The translations under genes were made by a program, and so were the position numbers. From an uncultured Saprospiraceae bacterium (GTDB lineage: Bacteria > Bacteroidota > Bacteroidia > Chitinophagales > Saprospiraceae), in the NCBI GenBank assembly GCA_937974575.1, contig CALJVI010000051.1, forward strand, positions 3,811 through 67,810: 64,000 nucleotides of DNA. Direction: 5' to 3'. Below are positions 10,169 through 19,420 of this stretch, one piece after another. The notes beneath the pieces are model-generated. The model saw nothing but the letters and a program-made list of their open reading frames with translations. It ran no database searches and was not told the DNA's origin. Numbering within the stretch: the stretch's first letter is position 1; the number at the start of each line of letters is the position of its first letter.

Positions 10169-11158
10169 CTAATAAGCCCATTTTAGATAAAGTGAGCCCC
10201 AAGTGAGCCCTCCACCAAAAGCAGTAAAAACTAAATTTTGCCCTTTTTTGAGCTGATCTTCATAGTCCCAAAGACATAACGGAAGGGTTCCAGCGGTGGT
10301 ATTTCCATATTTTTCAATATTAAGCATGACTTTATCCATTGGGCAATTTAGTCCATCTGCTACTGCATTGATGATTCTAATATTTGCTTGATGCGGGATT
10401 ACCCAGTCTATATCGTCGACAGAAAGGTCATTTCGCTTAAGAAGTTCGGCTGTGGTATTAATCATCCCATTGACCGCTTTTTTGAATACATGTCTCCCCT
10501 CTTGGTATACAAAATGTTCTCTAGCAGCAATCGTTTCGACAGAAGATGGCTTTAAGGAGCCACCAGCCTTCATGTGCAGAATATCACGGCCACTGCCATC
10601 TGCCTTGAGAATAGCATCTTGAAACCCATTCCCCTCATGGTTTGGTTCAAGTAAGACGCCTCCCGCCCCATCTCCAAAAATGATACATGTAGCTCGATCC
10701 GTATAATCAATAATTGAAGACATCTTATCCGCACCAATGACGATTACTTTTTTGTACATGCCCGTGCGAATAAACTGACAACCAGTAGTGAGACCGTATA
10801 AAAAACCCGAACAAGCGGCGTTGATGTCATATCCAAAAGCATTCTTTAGACCTGCCTTATCTGCAATAGTGTTTGCTGTATCTGGAAAAACCATGTCTCC
10901 TGTAACCGTTGCACAGATGATCATATCAATATCCTCAGGTGCGGTATTGGATTTTTCTAGTATGCCTTTGACTACTTCAACACACATATCGGATGTTGCT
11001 TTGCCCTTTTCCTTTTGTATGTGTCTCTGTTTGATCCCTGTCCGACTTTGAATCCACTCATCATTGGTCTCGACCATTGTCTCCAATTCCTTGTTAGTCA
11101 ACACATAATCTGGAACATATCCATGAACTGCGGTGATTGCTGCATCTATTAATTGCAT
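10169..11158 (-). CDS. fabH: beta-ketoacyl-ACP synthase III
   Basis: 329 aa with KAS III catalytic motifs INAACSGF, PHQANIRI and YGNTTAGT. Confidence 0.93.
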   Translation of the reverse strand: MQLIDAAITAVHGYVPDYVLTNKELETMVETNDEWIQSRTGIKQRHIQKEKGKATSDMCVEVVKGILEKSNTAPEDIDMIICATVTGDMVFPDTANTIADKAGLKNAFGYDINAACSGFLYGLTTGCQFIRTGMYKKVIVIGADKMSSIIDYTDRATCIIFGDGAGGVLLEPNHEGNGFQDAILKADGSGRDILHMKAGGSLKPSSVETIAAREHFVYQEGRHVFKKAVNGMINTTAELLKRNDLSVDDIDWVIPHQANIRIINAVADGLNCPMDKVMLNIEKYGNTTAGTLPLCLWDYEDQLKKGQNLVFTAFGGGLTWGSLYLKWAY

Positions 11159-11592
11159 TTACCTAGATTTTTATAGTGAATTACTGACCGACAAGGTAAA
11201 AAAAATGTCACGAATGACTGTTGTTTAGGCCAGTCTCCTTTGTTGAGAATTCTCCTTTTACCTTTTTACCTATACTTATGATCAGATTACGCAAGCACAC
11301 AATCTATGCTAGATTGTATAGCGATCAGAATTCGTTTAAAATCAGCTATTACAGCATTATTTTATTGATCTGACAACAAAATTCACAAGTCAAAACAAAA
11401 TAGGTGAAATCTCCGTAGTATTATATAGTAAAAATATACAATGCGTATTATCTTGTAATTTAATTAGATAGTTGCTTTAAAAGGTGAAAAGTGAAATTTA
11501 TTGGTACATATTTTGAATATAGAAAAATATAATATGTTATAAAGAACATATAACCCTTAAAAATTTCAAACCCACCTAAAATTTAATAAAGT

Positions 11593-12636
11593 ATGAAAAG
11601 GATTGCTATTTTAATTTGTGCATTAATTATGACTTCATTCGTATATGGAGCCACTACAAATTTTATGGTAAACCTTGCTACTGCTAAGCATAAGGCTGCG
11701 ATAGAAGGCAAACTATATATGGTTCACTTCACTGCAAACTGGTGTACTCCATGCAAATGGATGAAGGAACACACTTTTACCGATGATAGAGTAGCTCAAT
11801 ATCTTACTGATTATTATGTTCCAGTTAAAATAAACGTAGAAGATTTTGATGGCATCATTATCAAACAAAAAAATAATGTTCAATTCTTACCAACTGTTCT
11901 CATTTTCAATAGTAAAGGAGAAGAAGTAGGTCGATTTGAAGAAGCAATAGGTCCAAGCAAGCTGATGGCTATCCTCGAGGAGAGCAATATCCCTGTCAAT
12001 ACAGAAAAAGTAAATATGCCTGAACCTTTGGAAGCGGAAAATCCTGAAGCTATATCTCGACCCTTGTTGCCATCCATTTTTGATGACAGCGATAAACTGA
12101 AGAATATAGAAGAAGCGTCTATTCCAGAAAAAGATGAAGATATAATTTCAACGCCTACTGAATTAAATAAAGCACCTGTATATACTCCGCCAAGCATTGA
12201 AGTGCCCCAAAGAACAATCCCTGCTCCAGAATCAACATATCCAGAGGAAATAAACTCTGAAGTGCTGGTCGCAGAAAACCCAACAAATGTGATAAACTCA
12301 GTACCTTATGTAGCCTCCAATACTACCGCTGCTGAGTCACTCGCATTTTTGACAGGTGAAGGGATCTTTGAGCTAGATGTAAAGTTCAAAAACAAGCAAG
12401 GGTACAGTATACAAATAGGTTTGTATGCTAAGTATGAAAATGTTTTAGCGGAAGTTCACAAGTTCAAAAATAAGTATCAGCAGAACGTATATGTTCATAT
12501 TGATAAAAGAAGCGGGGTTCCTGTTTATCGTTTATTGATGGGTAGTTTTGACATTAAGACAGATGCTGACCAAATGGAATACTCGCTCAAGAATCAAGGG
12601 CTTGATTGCTTTGTTAGAGATTTGAGTAAAATATAA
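11593..12636 (+). CDS. thioredoxin-fold domain / SPOR domain fusion protein (secreted)
   Basis: 347 aa with a signal peptide. Thioredoxin-like WCTPCKWM motif near the N-terminus, a Pro/Glu-rich linker, and a C-terminal SPOR-like segment (YSIQIGLYAKYENV...YRLLMGSF). Confidence 0.7.
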   Translation: MKRIAILICALIMTSFVYGATTNFMVNLATAKHKAAIEGKLYMVHFTANWCTPCKWMKEHTFTDDRVAQYLTDYYVPVKINVEDFDGIIIKQKNNVQFLPTVLIFNSKGEEVGRFEEAIGPSKLMAILEESNIPVNTEKVNMPEPLEAENPEAISRPLLPSIFDDSDKLKNIEEASIPEKDEDIISTPTELNKAPVYTPPSIEVPQRTIPAPESTYPEEINSEVLVAENPTNVINSVPYVASNTTAAESLAFLTGEGIFELDVKFKNKQGYSIQIGLYAKYENVLAEVHKFKNKYQQNVYVHIDKRSGVPVYRLLMGSFDIKTDADQMEYSLKNQGLDCFVRDLSKI

Positions 12637-12668
12637 TATTCCCATTTGAGTAAAATATAATATTCCCA
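12621..12668 (+). repeat. exact 24-bp tandem duplication spanning the stop codon of the preceding CDS
   Basis: TTTGAGTAAAATATAATATTCCCA occurs at 12621-12644 and again at 12645-12668. Confidence 0.95.
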
Positions 12669-12703
12669 AACACGTTTAACACACACTAAATTATAATCCG
12701 TTA

Positions 12704-12739
12704 GCCTCTTTCCATAATATGGAGAGAGGCATTTTTTTT
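12704..12739 (+). terminator. rho-independent terminator
   Basis: The stem GCCTCTTTCC/GGAGAGAGGC is 10 bp including one G-U pair. It has a 7-nt loop and is followed by A then T8. Confidence 0.7.
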
Positions 12740-12846
12740 GGGTAAGTTATGGTGTGCAATGATTAACTAAGAAAGTGAGTATAGTGTCCGATTAGTATAT
12801 CCAGAAAGCTTTGGTCCAAGCAGATCTGTGCGTCATGAAATTAATT

Positions 12847-13254
12847 TCACCACTCTTTTCCTGTGAAGTAAACTGTACCTTTGAATAAAGCAACTAGGGT
12901 ACCATCTGTTTTTGAAATTTCCACCTCATAGACGCCAATCTTTCTAGAACGATGTTTTTCAATGGCTTTAGCTTCTATCCTATCTAGGTGATGCAAGGGC
13001 AAGACATGAGAAATAGAGGTTTCTACGGAGACTGCTTTTACACCATGACTATTGCTGGCAAAAGCTAAGGCACTGTCTGCAAAAGAATAGGTAATCCCTC
13101 CATGCGCAATTTCAAAACCATTGCACATTTCTTTGCGAATTTGCATTTTTAAATGACTAGTTCCTAATCCATCTGCTATCCGCTCTATACCCAACCATTG
13201 GCTGTAGGCATCATTGTTATACATTAGGTCAACTACCTCAGATGGTGTTTTCAA
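12847..13254 (-). CDS. PaaI-family hotdog-fold thioesterase
   Basis: 135 aa with motif NGFEIAHGGITYSFADSALAFA, typical of PaaI/4HBT class thioesterases. Confidence 0.75.
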   Translation of the reverse strand: MKTPSEVVDLMYNNDAYSQWLGIERIADGLGTSHLKMQIRKEMCNGFEIAHGGITYSFADSALAFASNSHGVKAVSVETSISHVLPLHHLDRIEAKAIEKHRSRKIGVYEVEISKTDGTLVALFKGTVYFTGKEW

Positions 13255-13288
13255 GTTGCTTGCTTTTTTTATTTAAACTAGATTCTAC

Positions 13289-14695
13289 TTATTTCTTTTT
13301 ACCTCTACCCTTCTTCTTTTTGTCATCCTCCTCTTTTTTGTAGACTTCAGAACCTTCTTCCAACTTTCTGCTTACAGCAGCATAGGGACCGATCACGATA
13401 GAATCCCCGATGGTCAATCCAGATTTTATTTGGATATAATCATCATCCTGTATTCCTGTTGTCACTTTAGCTACAGACACCGTATCTCCACCACTGAATA
13501 AAAACACCATCTCCTCAAACTCCTCTTTTTTATCCTCATCGTCTTTGTTTTCTCTTACTGTAACAGCCTGAATTGGTACGGTAACGATGTCTTCCTTTAT
13601 GGTAGTAAAAATATCTACTGAAGCAGACATCCCTGGTCTAAATGGGAATCCCTTACCGACTAGCAAATCTTTATAAGAATCAGGGTTCATACGGATAGTA
13701 ACTATAAAGTTGGTCACTACATCAGAGGTCAATACTACTGAAGGGCCGGAAGCATTGCTTGCAGAATTGGCCACCTGAGTAACTATCCCTTTGAAGGTTC
13801 GATCTTGGTAAGCATCTACTTCAATCTCTACTTCATCCTTCAATTTTACTTTAAGGACATCGCTTTCATTTACCTCCACCTGTACTTCCATTACATTCAT
13901 ATTGGCAATACGCATCAATTCGGTTCCAGACATTTGGATGGTACCTACGACACGTTCTCCTTGCTCAACGTTTAGCATACTTACTACACCATCTGTAGGT
14001 GCAAATAAGCTGGTTCTTTTTAGGTTGGTCTTTAACTCTTTGAGTCTTGCCTCTTGGCTTTTCACGGTAAATTCAGCTCCTTTTATAGATTGTCTTGAAG
14101 ATTCAAAATTAGCTTGTGCTGTAACCAGCGACGCGTCTGATGATCTCAAATTTGCATTAGCAGCATCTAGACTTGATTTGGAGGCATCAAACTCCGCTTT
14201 GGAAATTACGCCTTGATCAAACAAGGTTTTATTTCTTTCGTGGATCCCTTTTAGATTTTCCAATTGAGCCAATATCTGTTCTCTTTGTGCTTTGGATTGA
14301 GAAATCTGAGCTTTAGCACTTTCCGCATTAGACCTGCTGTTGGCTACTTGAGCTTTTGCATTGTTGACAGCGGCCGCTCCTTGCTCTACTGCTGACTGGT
14401 AAGCATCCGCATCTATACGTGCTAGCAATTGGCCTTGCTTTACAGAGTCACCCTCTTCTACATTCAAGGCTACTACCTCTCCTGAAACATCGGAAGTGAT
14501 TTTTATTTCTACTTCTGGAAATATTTTTCCTGTTGCGGCGACCTTCTCGATTATTGTTCGTTTTTCGACACTTCCAAACTCAACTGGAGTTCCAGTTTTC
14601 TTGCCTTTATTGCTGTAAAGTGCAGCACCAACCCCTACCGCTACTAGTAATACTAAAGCAATAATTATCCAATTGTTATTTTTCTTCTTAGCCAT
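13289..14695 (-). CDS. efflux transporter periplasmic adaptor subunit (HlyD/MFP family)
   Basis: 468 aa. N-terminal TM anchor, lipoyl-like barrel segments flanking a long Ala/Gln-rich coiled coil, and a Lys-rich tail. Directly downstream of the TolC-like gene. Confidence 0.85.
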   Translation of the reverse strand: MAKKKNNNWIIIALVLLVAVGVGAALYSNKGKKTGTPVEFGSVEKRTIIEKVAATGKIFPEVEIKITSDVSGEVVALNVEEGDSVKQGQLLARIDADAYQSAVEQGAAAVNNAKAQVANSRSNAESAKAQISQSKAQREQILAQLENLKGIHERNKTLFDQGVISKAEFDASKSSLDAANANLRSSDASLVTAQANFESSRQSIKGAEFTVKSQEARLKELKTNLKRTSLFAPTDGVVSMLNVEQGERVVGTIQMSGTELMRIANMNVMEVQVEVNESDVLKVKLKDEVEIEVDAYQDRTFKGIVTQVANSASNASGPSVVLTSDVVTNFIVTIRMNPDSYKDLLVGKGFPFRPGMSASVDIFTTIKEDIVTVPIQAVTVRENKDDEDKKEEFEEMVFLFSGGDTVSVAKVTTGIQDDDYIQIKSGLTIGDSIVIGPYAAVSRKLEEGSEVYKKEEDDKKKKGRGKKK

Positions 14696-14734
14696 AATAT
14701 TTATTTGCTCAGATAATATTTGATGTAATGAGAT

Positions 14735-16165
14735 TTAAAATTTAATAGGTACGCCTCTATAAAAGTCAACAACCTTGACGTTAAACAAGTATTGATATTT
14801 GGCTACTATAAGATCTATTTCTGCTGCGTCCATACGATTTCGAGTAAGACTAAGATCCAAACTGTTCACCGCTCCAAGTTGAAATTTCTTTTCCGTATTA
14901 TCAAAAGAAGCTTTAGTTGCAGCAAGCGCTTTTTCCGCTGCAATCAATTGCAGTTTGGATGCTTTAGCATCTGTGATGGCCTGTTGTATATCTGTTCGCA
15001 ATCTTTGGTCTAGTTGCTCATTGCTATACTCTGCGTTCAACATATTGAGCTTGGCTCTATCTTCGGCAATGATTGCTCTACCATTGTTGTAGATGGGTAC
15101 ATTCAAAGATAAACCAATATTTTGACCTAAATTATCTGACAACTGATCGAAGTATCCTACTGTTCCTATACGATTAGGCACAGAAACATTTTGACCTATT
15201 ACAACTGGGTTACCATTTACAAAAACCTCATTTTCAATTAACACATCACTTGGATTTCCAAACAAAGGAACTTGGTCCGAAAATCGAGTATCTACCCCAC
15301 CAAAGATCACTAGTCTAGGCTTTTTATCTACTTTAGCTATCTTTTGCTGGAGCGATGCTGACTCCATTCTATATTTACCCGCTTTGATAAATGGTTGGCT
15401 ATTGATAGCTTTAGCATAGACTTCGTCTAAGGTCCAAGAATCCACTGCCTCATCTAGGGCCACATCTATAGAAGGTGCGTCAATATCAAAAGCTTGATTT
15501 GCTGGTAGCTGGAGTAAAAACTTAAGATTAAGTAATGCTATGTCTGCAGCATTCTTCTGAAGAATAATTTCTTGTTGGTTGAGTGCTTCTTGAGCTTCAA
15601 GATCGAGAATATCATTAGCTGGAAGGGCGCCTGCCTGAATTAGCTTTTTAGTCGTTTCTATCTGAATAGCCGTGAGCTCCAATCTTTGCGCTGCGTTCTG
15701 GGTTCTTTCTTTGGCAAATAAAGTATTGATAAAGGCAGTAGCAACAGTGAGCGCGATATCATTTTTATCTTGCATCAAGTCCTCCTTTGCTGCCATTGCA
15801 TCTAGCTTAGCCTGTTCAACCAAGGTATTAATTCTACCTCCATTGTAAAGGATAGCACTTGCATTTACTCCAATCGTCTGACTTGCGAATGCATCCAAGG
15901 AGAAGCTATTGGTAGTGGGGTCAATCGTACGACCAAACTGGTATCCAAAACTTGAACTTCCATTGATTGAAGGATGTCGAGCATTTTTATTAAATTTTTG
16001 TGTCAACAATGCTTGCTCTACTAGTAACTGAGACTGCTTAATCCCTAGATTCTGATCCAACGCATGGTTTACACACCTTTCAAGGGTCCAGACATCTTGA
16101 GCTTTGAGCTGCCCAAAGGAACAAAGTAGTAAAAGGAGGATGAAACTGTTGATGGCTATTTTCAT
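14735..16165 (-). CDS. TolC family outer membrane efflux protein
   Basis: 476 aa with a signal peptide and two repeated helical/coiled-coil halves typical of TolC. Begins with the TolC-like segment LERCVNHALDQNLGIKQ. Confidence 0.85.
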   Translation of the reverse strand: MKIAINSFILLLLLCSFGQLKAQDVWTLERCVNHALDQNLGIKQSQLLVEQALLTQKFNKNARHPSINGSSSFGYQFGRTIDPTTNSFSLDAFASQTIGVNASAILYNGGRINTLVEQAKLDAMAAKEDLMQDKNDIALTVATAFINTLFAKERTQNAAQRLELTAIQIETTKKLIQAGALPANDILDLEAQEALNQQEIILQKNAADIALLNLKFLLQLPANQAFDIDAPSIDVALDEAVDSWTLDEVYAKAINSQPFIKAGKYRMESASLQQKIAKVDKKPRLVIFGGVDTRFSDQVPLFGNPSDVLIENEVFVNGNPVVIGQNVSVPNRIGTVGYFDQLSDNLGQNIGLSLNVPIYNNGRAIIAEDRAKLNMLNAEYSNEQLDQRLRTDIQQAITDAKASKLQLIAAEKALAATKASFDNTEKKFQLGAVNSLDLSLTRNRMDAAEIDLIVAKYQYLFNVKVVDFYRGVPIKF

Positions 16166-16344
16166 TTCAAATTGATTTATTCGGATATACGCTTACATCT
16201 CGGTGTATGCAAAAGTATAATTTCGTATAAATCTAAAGAAGCCTAAGCCTAAATGATCTATTTTTTATATGAATTGTGAAAATTAAAGGATGAACATCCT
16301 TTTTAAACTAATATAGCTCCAAATATGGCTGTATTTTACGTAGT

Positions 16345-17820
16345 TTAATCAAACTTACCGAAGCTACGATAACCTATCAATCGATCATATCGCTGACCAA
16401 ATGGTCGAAAATAGATCAAAACATGATAATCGTTATCTGCTTCAAACCAATTCCCTTCGACCTGTTCGAAAGTAAATTTTTGGCTTCCTTCATATTCTGC
16501 AGATTGGAATGCATACATATAATTGTAATATCCTTGCTTGAGTAGCACTTCTGCTTCATATTGGAGCGCTTCGGAATTGTACTTCATTTTGAAAGCATCT
16601 TCAATTCTCCAATCGCTTAATTCTCCGAAGATGTATACCTCACCCCCATAGACAGGCTGATCCATTGCTAGCGTAAAATAGGTCAAGACATACTCCCCTA
16701 CTAAGTGCTGCTCCTTCTCACTTCTCAATTGATCATCTCGATTTATTTCATTGACCAATTCATTTAAAGACTCTCGTTCCAAAATCTGCTCAGAAGTCAA
16801 ATCTCCTCTATTGGTGATGGTGGTATCTACACGTACAGGATTGCCTAATCTACGGAAAGAAATGTCATCAAAATTTTGAATGATGAATTTTCCATTTGCA
16901 TCTGGAGAATCAAAATAATTTTTATGCGCTCTAGCTTTTTCCTTTTTGACCAATACATCAAAACCCTGGTCCTGCTCTTCTATTGCTTCTACAAAATTGA
17001 GTCTATAATCTAAAGATCGTAAATCTACAAAGCGATACTCTTTGCCCGCTTCAAAACATATCTTATTTTGATACCTAAAACCCAATTGATTCTGCTTGAT
17101 AAAAAGTGGTTTGATGCCCGATATAGCATTATTCCAATGTCCATTTTGGACTATAGTTGCACTTACTTGTTCGGGAGAATTCTGAAGCGTTAAGTTTTTT
17201 ACCTCGACATCAAAGTCGACTTCGTGGTGTGATCTTCTTTGATCGTTTCTATGCGCTACACGAACATCCGGGACTATAAAAACTTCATTTTCAGTAACCA
17301 TGAATCGTCTAGTAAGCGAAAGCTTTTTCTCGTCTGTATCGTCAAATATTTTTAACACATAATTACCTGAAAGCTTCCACTTGATTCGATCATTGGGCAG
17401 CATTAAAGAGTAATGCACATAATCAGAGTATTGGGTACGACTAAAAGAGTAATCATTCATGACCTCCTCATCAAAGCCATCTAAATAATCAAAAATATTT
17501 AGATCTTCGTTGATGGTCCAATCTGAATTGCAATGCTGAATACTGTATTGATAATTTTTGACATCCAAATCTACATCATCAAATCGAAGAATCAATTTGG
17601 TACTTGAGCCCAAATTCACTACCGGTTCTGCCATTGGTAAACGTTCTGGATGAAACTTTACGGTGCGAATATTATCTACAAAAATTCGATTGGCTAGCGA
17701 TACTGGAGTGTCTTTTAACTCCTTCTTGTTTTTACTTTTTCTATCTACTTTTTTAGTTTGACCTATTGCAGGAATAACACAAGCCAAAATCAAGAAAAGT
17801 AATATATATTTCAATTGCAT
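16345..17820 (-). CDS. DUF5103 domain protein (candidate T9SS plug protein)
   Basis: 491 aa with a signal peptide. The N-terminal segment VDNIRTVKFHPERLPMAEPVVNLGSSTKLILRFDDVDLDVKNYQYSIQHCNSDW resembles my recollection of DUF5103. Not verified by search. Confidence 0.5.
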   Translation of the reverse strand: MQLKYILLFLILACVIPAIGQTKKVDRKSKNKKELKDTPVSLANRIFVDNIRTVKFHPERLPMAEPVVNLGSSTKLILRFDDVDLDVKNYQYSIQHCNSDWTINEDLNIFDYLDGFDEEVMNDYSFSRTQYSDYVHYSLMLPNDRIKWKLSGNYVLKIFDDTDEKKLSLTRRFMVTENEVFIVPDVRVAHRNDQRRSHHEVDFDVEVKNLTLQNSPEQVSATIVQNGHWNNAISGIKPLFIKQNQLGFRYQNKICFEAGKEYRFVDLRSLDYRLNFVEAIEEQDQGFDVLVKKEKARAHKNYFDSPDANGKFIIQNFDDISFRRLGNPVRVDTTITNRGDLTSEQILERESLNELVNEINRDDQLRSEKEQHLVGEYVLTYFTLAMDQPVYGGEVYIFGELSDWRIEDAFKMKYNSEALQYEAEVLLKQGYYNYMYAFQSAEYEGSQKFTFEQVEGNWFEADNDYHVLIYFRPFGQRYDRLIGYRSFGKFD

Positions 17821-18056
17821 TGTTTACAAGTTTAAAGCTCCTTGGCTTATGGATGATCTTCACATTAGCCACTAAAAAATAACGTCGTTTAAGGAAGAAA
17901 TAATATTCACATAACAACATTAGGACATTGTCTTGCTGTTAAGGAACATTTAAAAGCTATAAATTTAAGTGTTTTGGGCAGAGATTCGGGAATTGCGATG
18001 GGTTAAGCTCATTTTTTTTTGGAGTTTCATCCAAAGTTATCCATTTAGCTCTAATT

Positions 18057-18668
18057 TTGAGTGCAATAAATAAGAAACGCTTGGACAATTTATTTAATAC
18101 ATACTTTGAAGTTGGGTTTTCGCATATTTATAATATTGCGGCTTTAGATCATATATTGTTTTTAGTAGCCCTTTGTGCACTATTCAGCATAGCCGATTGG
18201 CGCAAATTACTTGTCTTGATTACTGCTTTTACAATTGGACACAGTATCACGCTAGCCTTGGTCAGTCTGGATGTCATCAGAGTAAATTCTCGATGGGTAG
18301 AACTCTTGATCCCTGTCTCTATCATGCTCACGGCACTATTCAATATGAATGTGTTACGCAGGGAAGAAAAATCACTATGGAGTCTAACCAACATACAATA
18401 TGCTATGGCTTTGGGCTTTGGTTGGCTACATGGCATGGGCTTTTCAAATTACCTTCGTTCTACTCTTTTTCCAGGTGAGAGCCTAGTGGGCCAGCTACTT
18501 GCATTCAATATAGGAATTGAAGTCGGACAAATCTTGATCGTACTCAAAATTCTATTGGTGGGCTTTGTTTTTACCTCAATCTTTAAAATAAAAAGGAATC
18601 ATTGGGCATTTACTTTATCGGGATTGGCATTTGCTGTATCTTTATATCTATTAATTGATCAATTGTGA
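18057..18668 (+). CDS. HupE/UreJ family membrane protein
   Basis: 203 aa, multi-TM, with the motif DHILFLVALCAL near the first helix. TTG start as given by the track. Confidence 0.7.
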   Translation: MSAINKKRLDNLFNTYFEVGFSHIYNIAALDHILFLVALCALFSIADWRKLLVLITAFTIGHSITLALVSLDVIRVNSRWVELLIPVSIMLTALFNMNVLRREEKSLWSLTNIQYAMALGFGWLHGMGFSNYLRSTLFPGESLVGQLLAFNIGIEVGQILIVLKILLVGFVFTSIFKIKRNHWAFTLSGLAFAVSLYLLIDQL

Positions 18669-19174
18669 ATTACACCATAAGCTTACTTCTTTTCATTTTT
18701 ACACTCGGAGGGTTCTCTACCGCACATGAGTTTCATGTCAGCAAGTGTGTAATCGAATACAAGGCTGAAAAATCTGAGGTCCAAATCTCTATGAACATCT
18801 TTATTGATGATCTAGAAACCGCTTTGCAGGCAATGGGTGTCGACAGCCTTTATATTGGTACAGAAAAGGAATCCATAGAAACAGATACTTACATCCATAA
18901 ATATCTCGATGAAGTTTTCACTCTTGGTATAAACGAAGACAATGATCTTGAGCGCTTATTCATTGGAAAAGAAATAAGTGAGGACCTTACTTCTATATGG
19001 TGCTACCTACAGATCAAAACTGAGGAGCCCATCCAAAGTATGTTTATAAAGAACAGCATTTTGCTGGAGACTTTTGACGATCAAAGCAATATCACAAAAA
19101 TCGTTGGACCAGAGCAAAAAAAATCTAGCTTCATGAGTACGCGTGGAGATGATGAAAAAAAGATAAGTTACTAA
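18665..19174 (+). CDS. DUF6702-like secreted protein
   Basis: 169 aa with a signal peptide followed by HEFHVSKCVIEYKAEKSEVQISMNIFIDDLE. GTG start overlaps the upstream stop by 4 nt. Family recalled from HupE-adjacent genes in Bacteroidota. Confidence 0.5.
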   Translation: MNYTISLLLFIFTLGGFSTAHEFHVSKCVIEYKAEKSEVQISMNIFIDDLETALQAMGVDSLYIGTEKESIETDTYIHKYLDEVFTLGINEDNDLERLFIGKEISEDLTSIWCYLQIKTEEPIQSMFIKNSILLETFDDQSNITKIVGPEQKKSSFMSTRGDDEKKISY

Positions 19175-19177
19175 CTT

Positions 19178-19420
19178 ATGCATAGTATCTTAAAAAAAAT
19201 ATTCATCGCTCCAGTAAGACTATATCAGATCACCCTATCGCCACTACTGGGTCCAACTTGTAGATATCAACCTACTTGTAGTCATTATATGATAGAGGCC
19301 ATCCAGGTATGGGGTGTAGTAAAAGGAACTTGGTTAGGTTTGAAACGTATATTCAGATGTCATCCTTGGGCAAGCTCTGGACATGACCCGGTACCAAAAA
19401 GAAAAAAGAAAAATGCTTAG
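19178..19420 (+). CDS. yidD: membrane protein insertion efficiency factor YidD
   Basis: 80 aa with the hallmark [10 protein letters not shown] motif. Confidence 0.9.
   Translation: MHSILKKIFIAPVRLYQITLSPLLGPTCRYQPTCSHYMIEAIQVWGVVKGTWLGLKRIFRCHPWASSGHDPVPKRKKKNA

Noticed and set aside
11159-11592. Expectation of rpmF/plsX or a small gene upstream of fabH; an 8-bp hairpin ACAATCTA/TAGATTGT at about 11298-11316 flanked by GATCAGA direct repeats
   Set aside because: No ORF with ribosomal-protein L32 character is present on either strand. The hairpin is short with a 3-nt loop and lacks a T-run. It is probably just divergent promoter space.
17821-18056. Possible cobalamin or NiCo riboswitch upstream of the HupE/UreJ gene
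   Set aside because: I could not find a B12-box-like sequence or any extended conserved stem architecture by eye, only a T9 tract. A covariance-model scan would be needed to exclude it fully.
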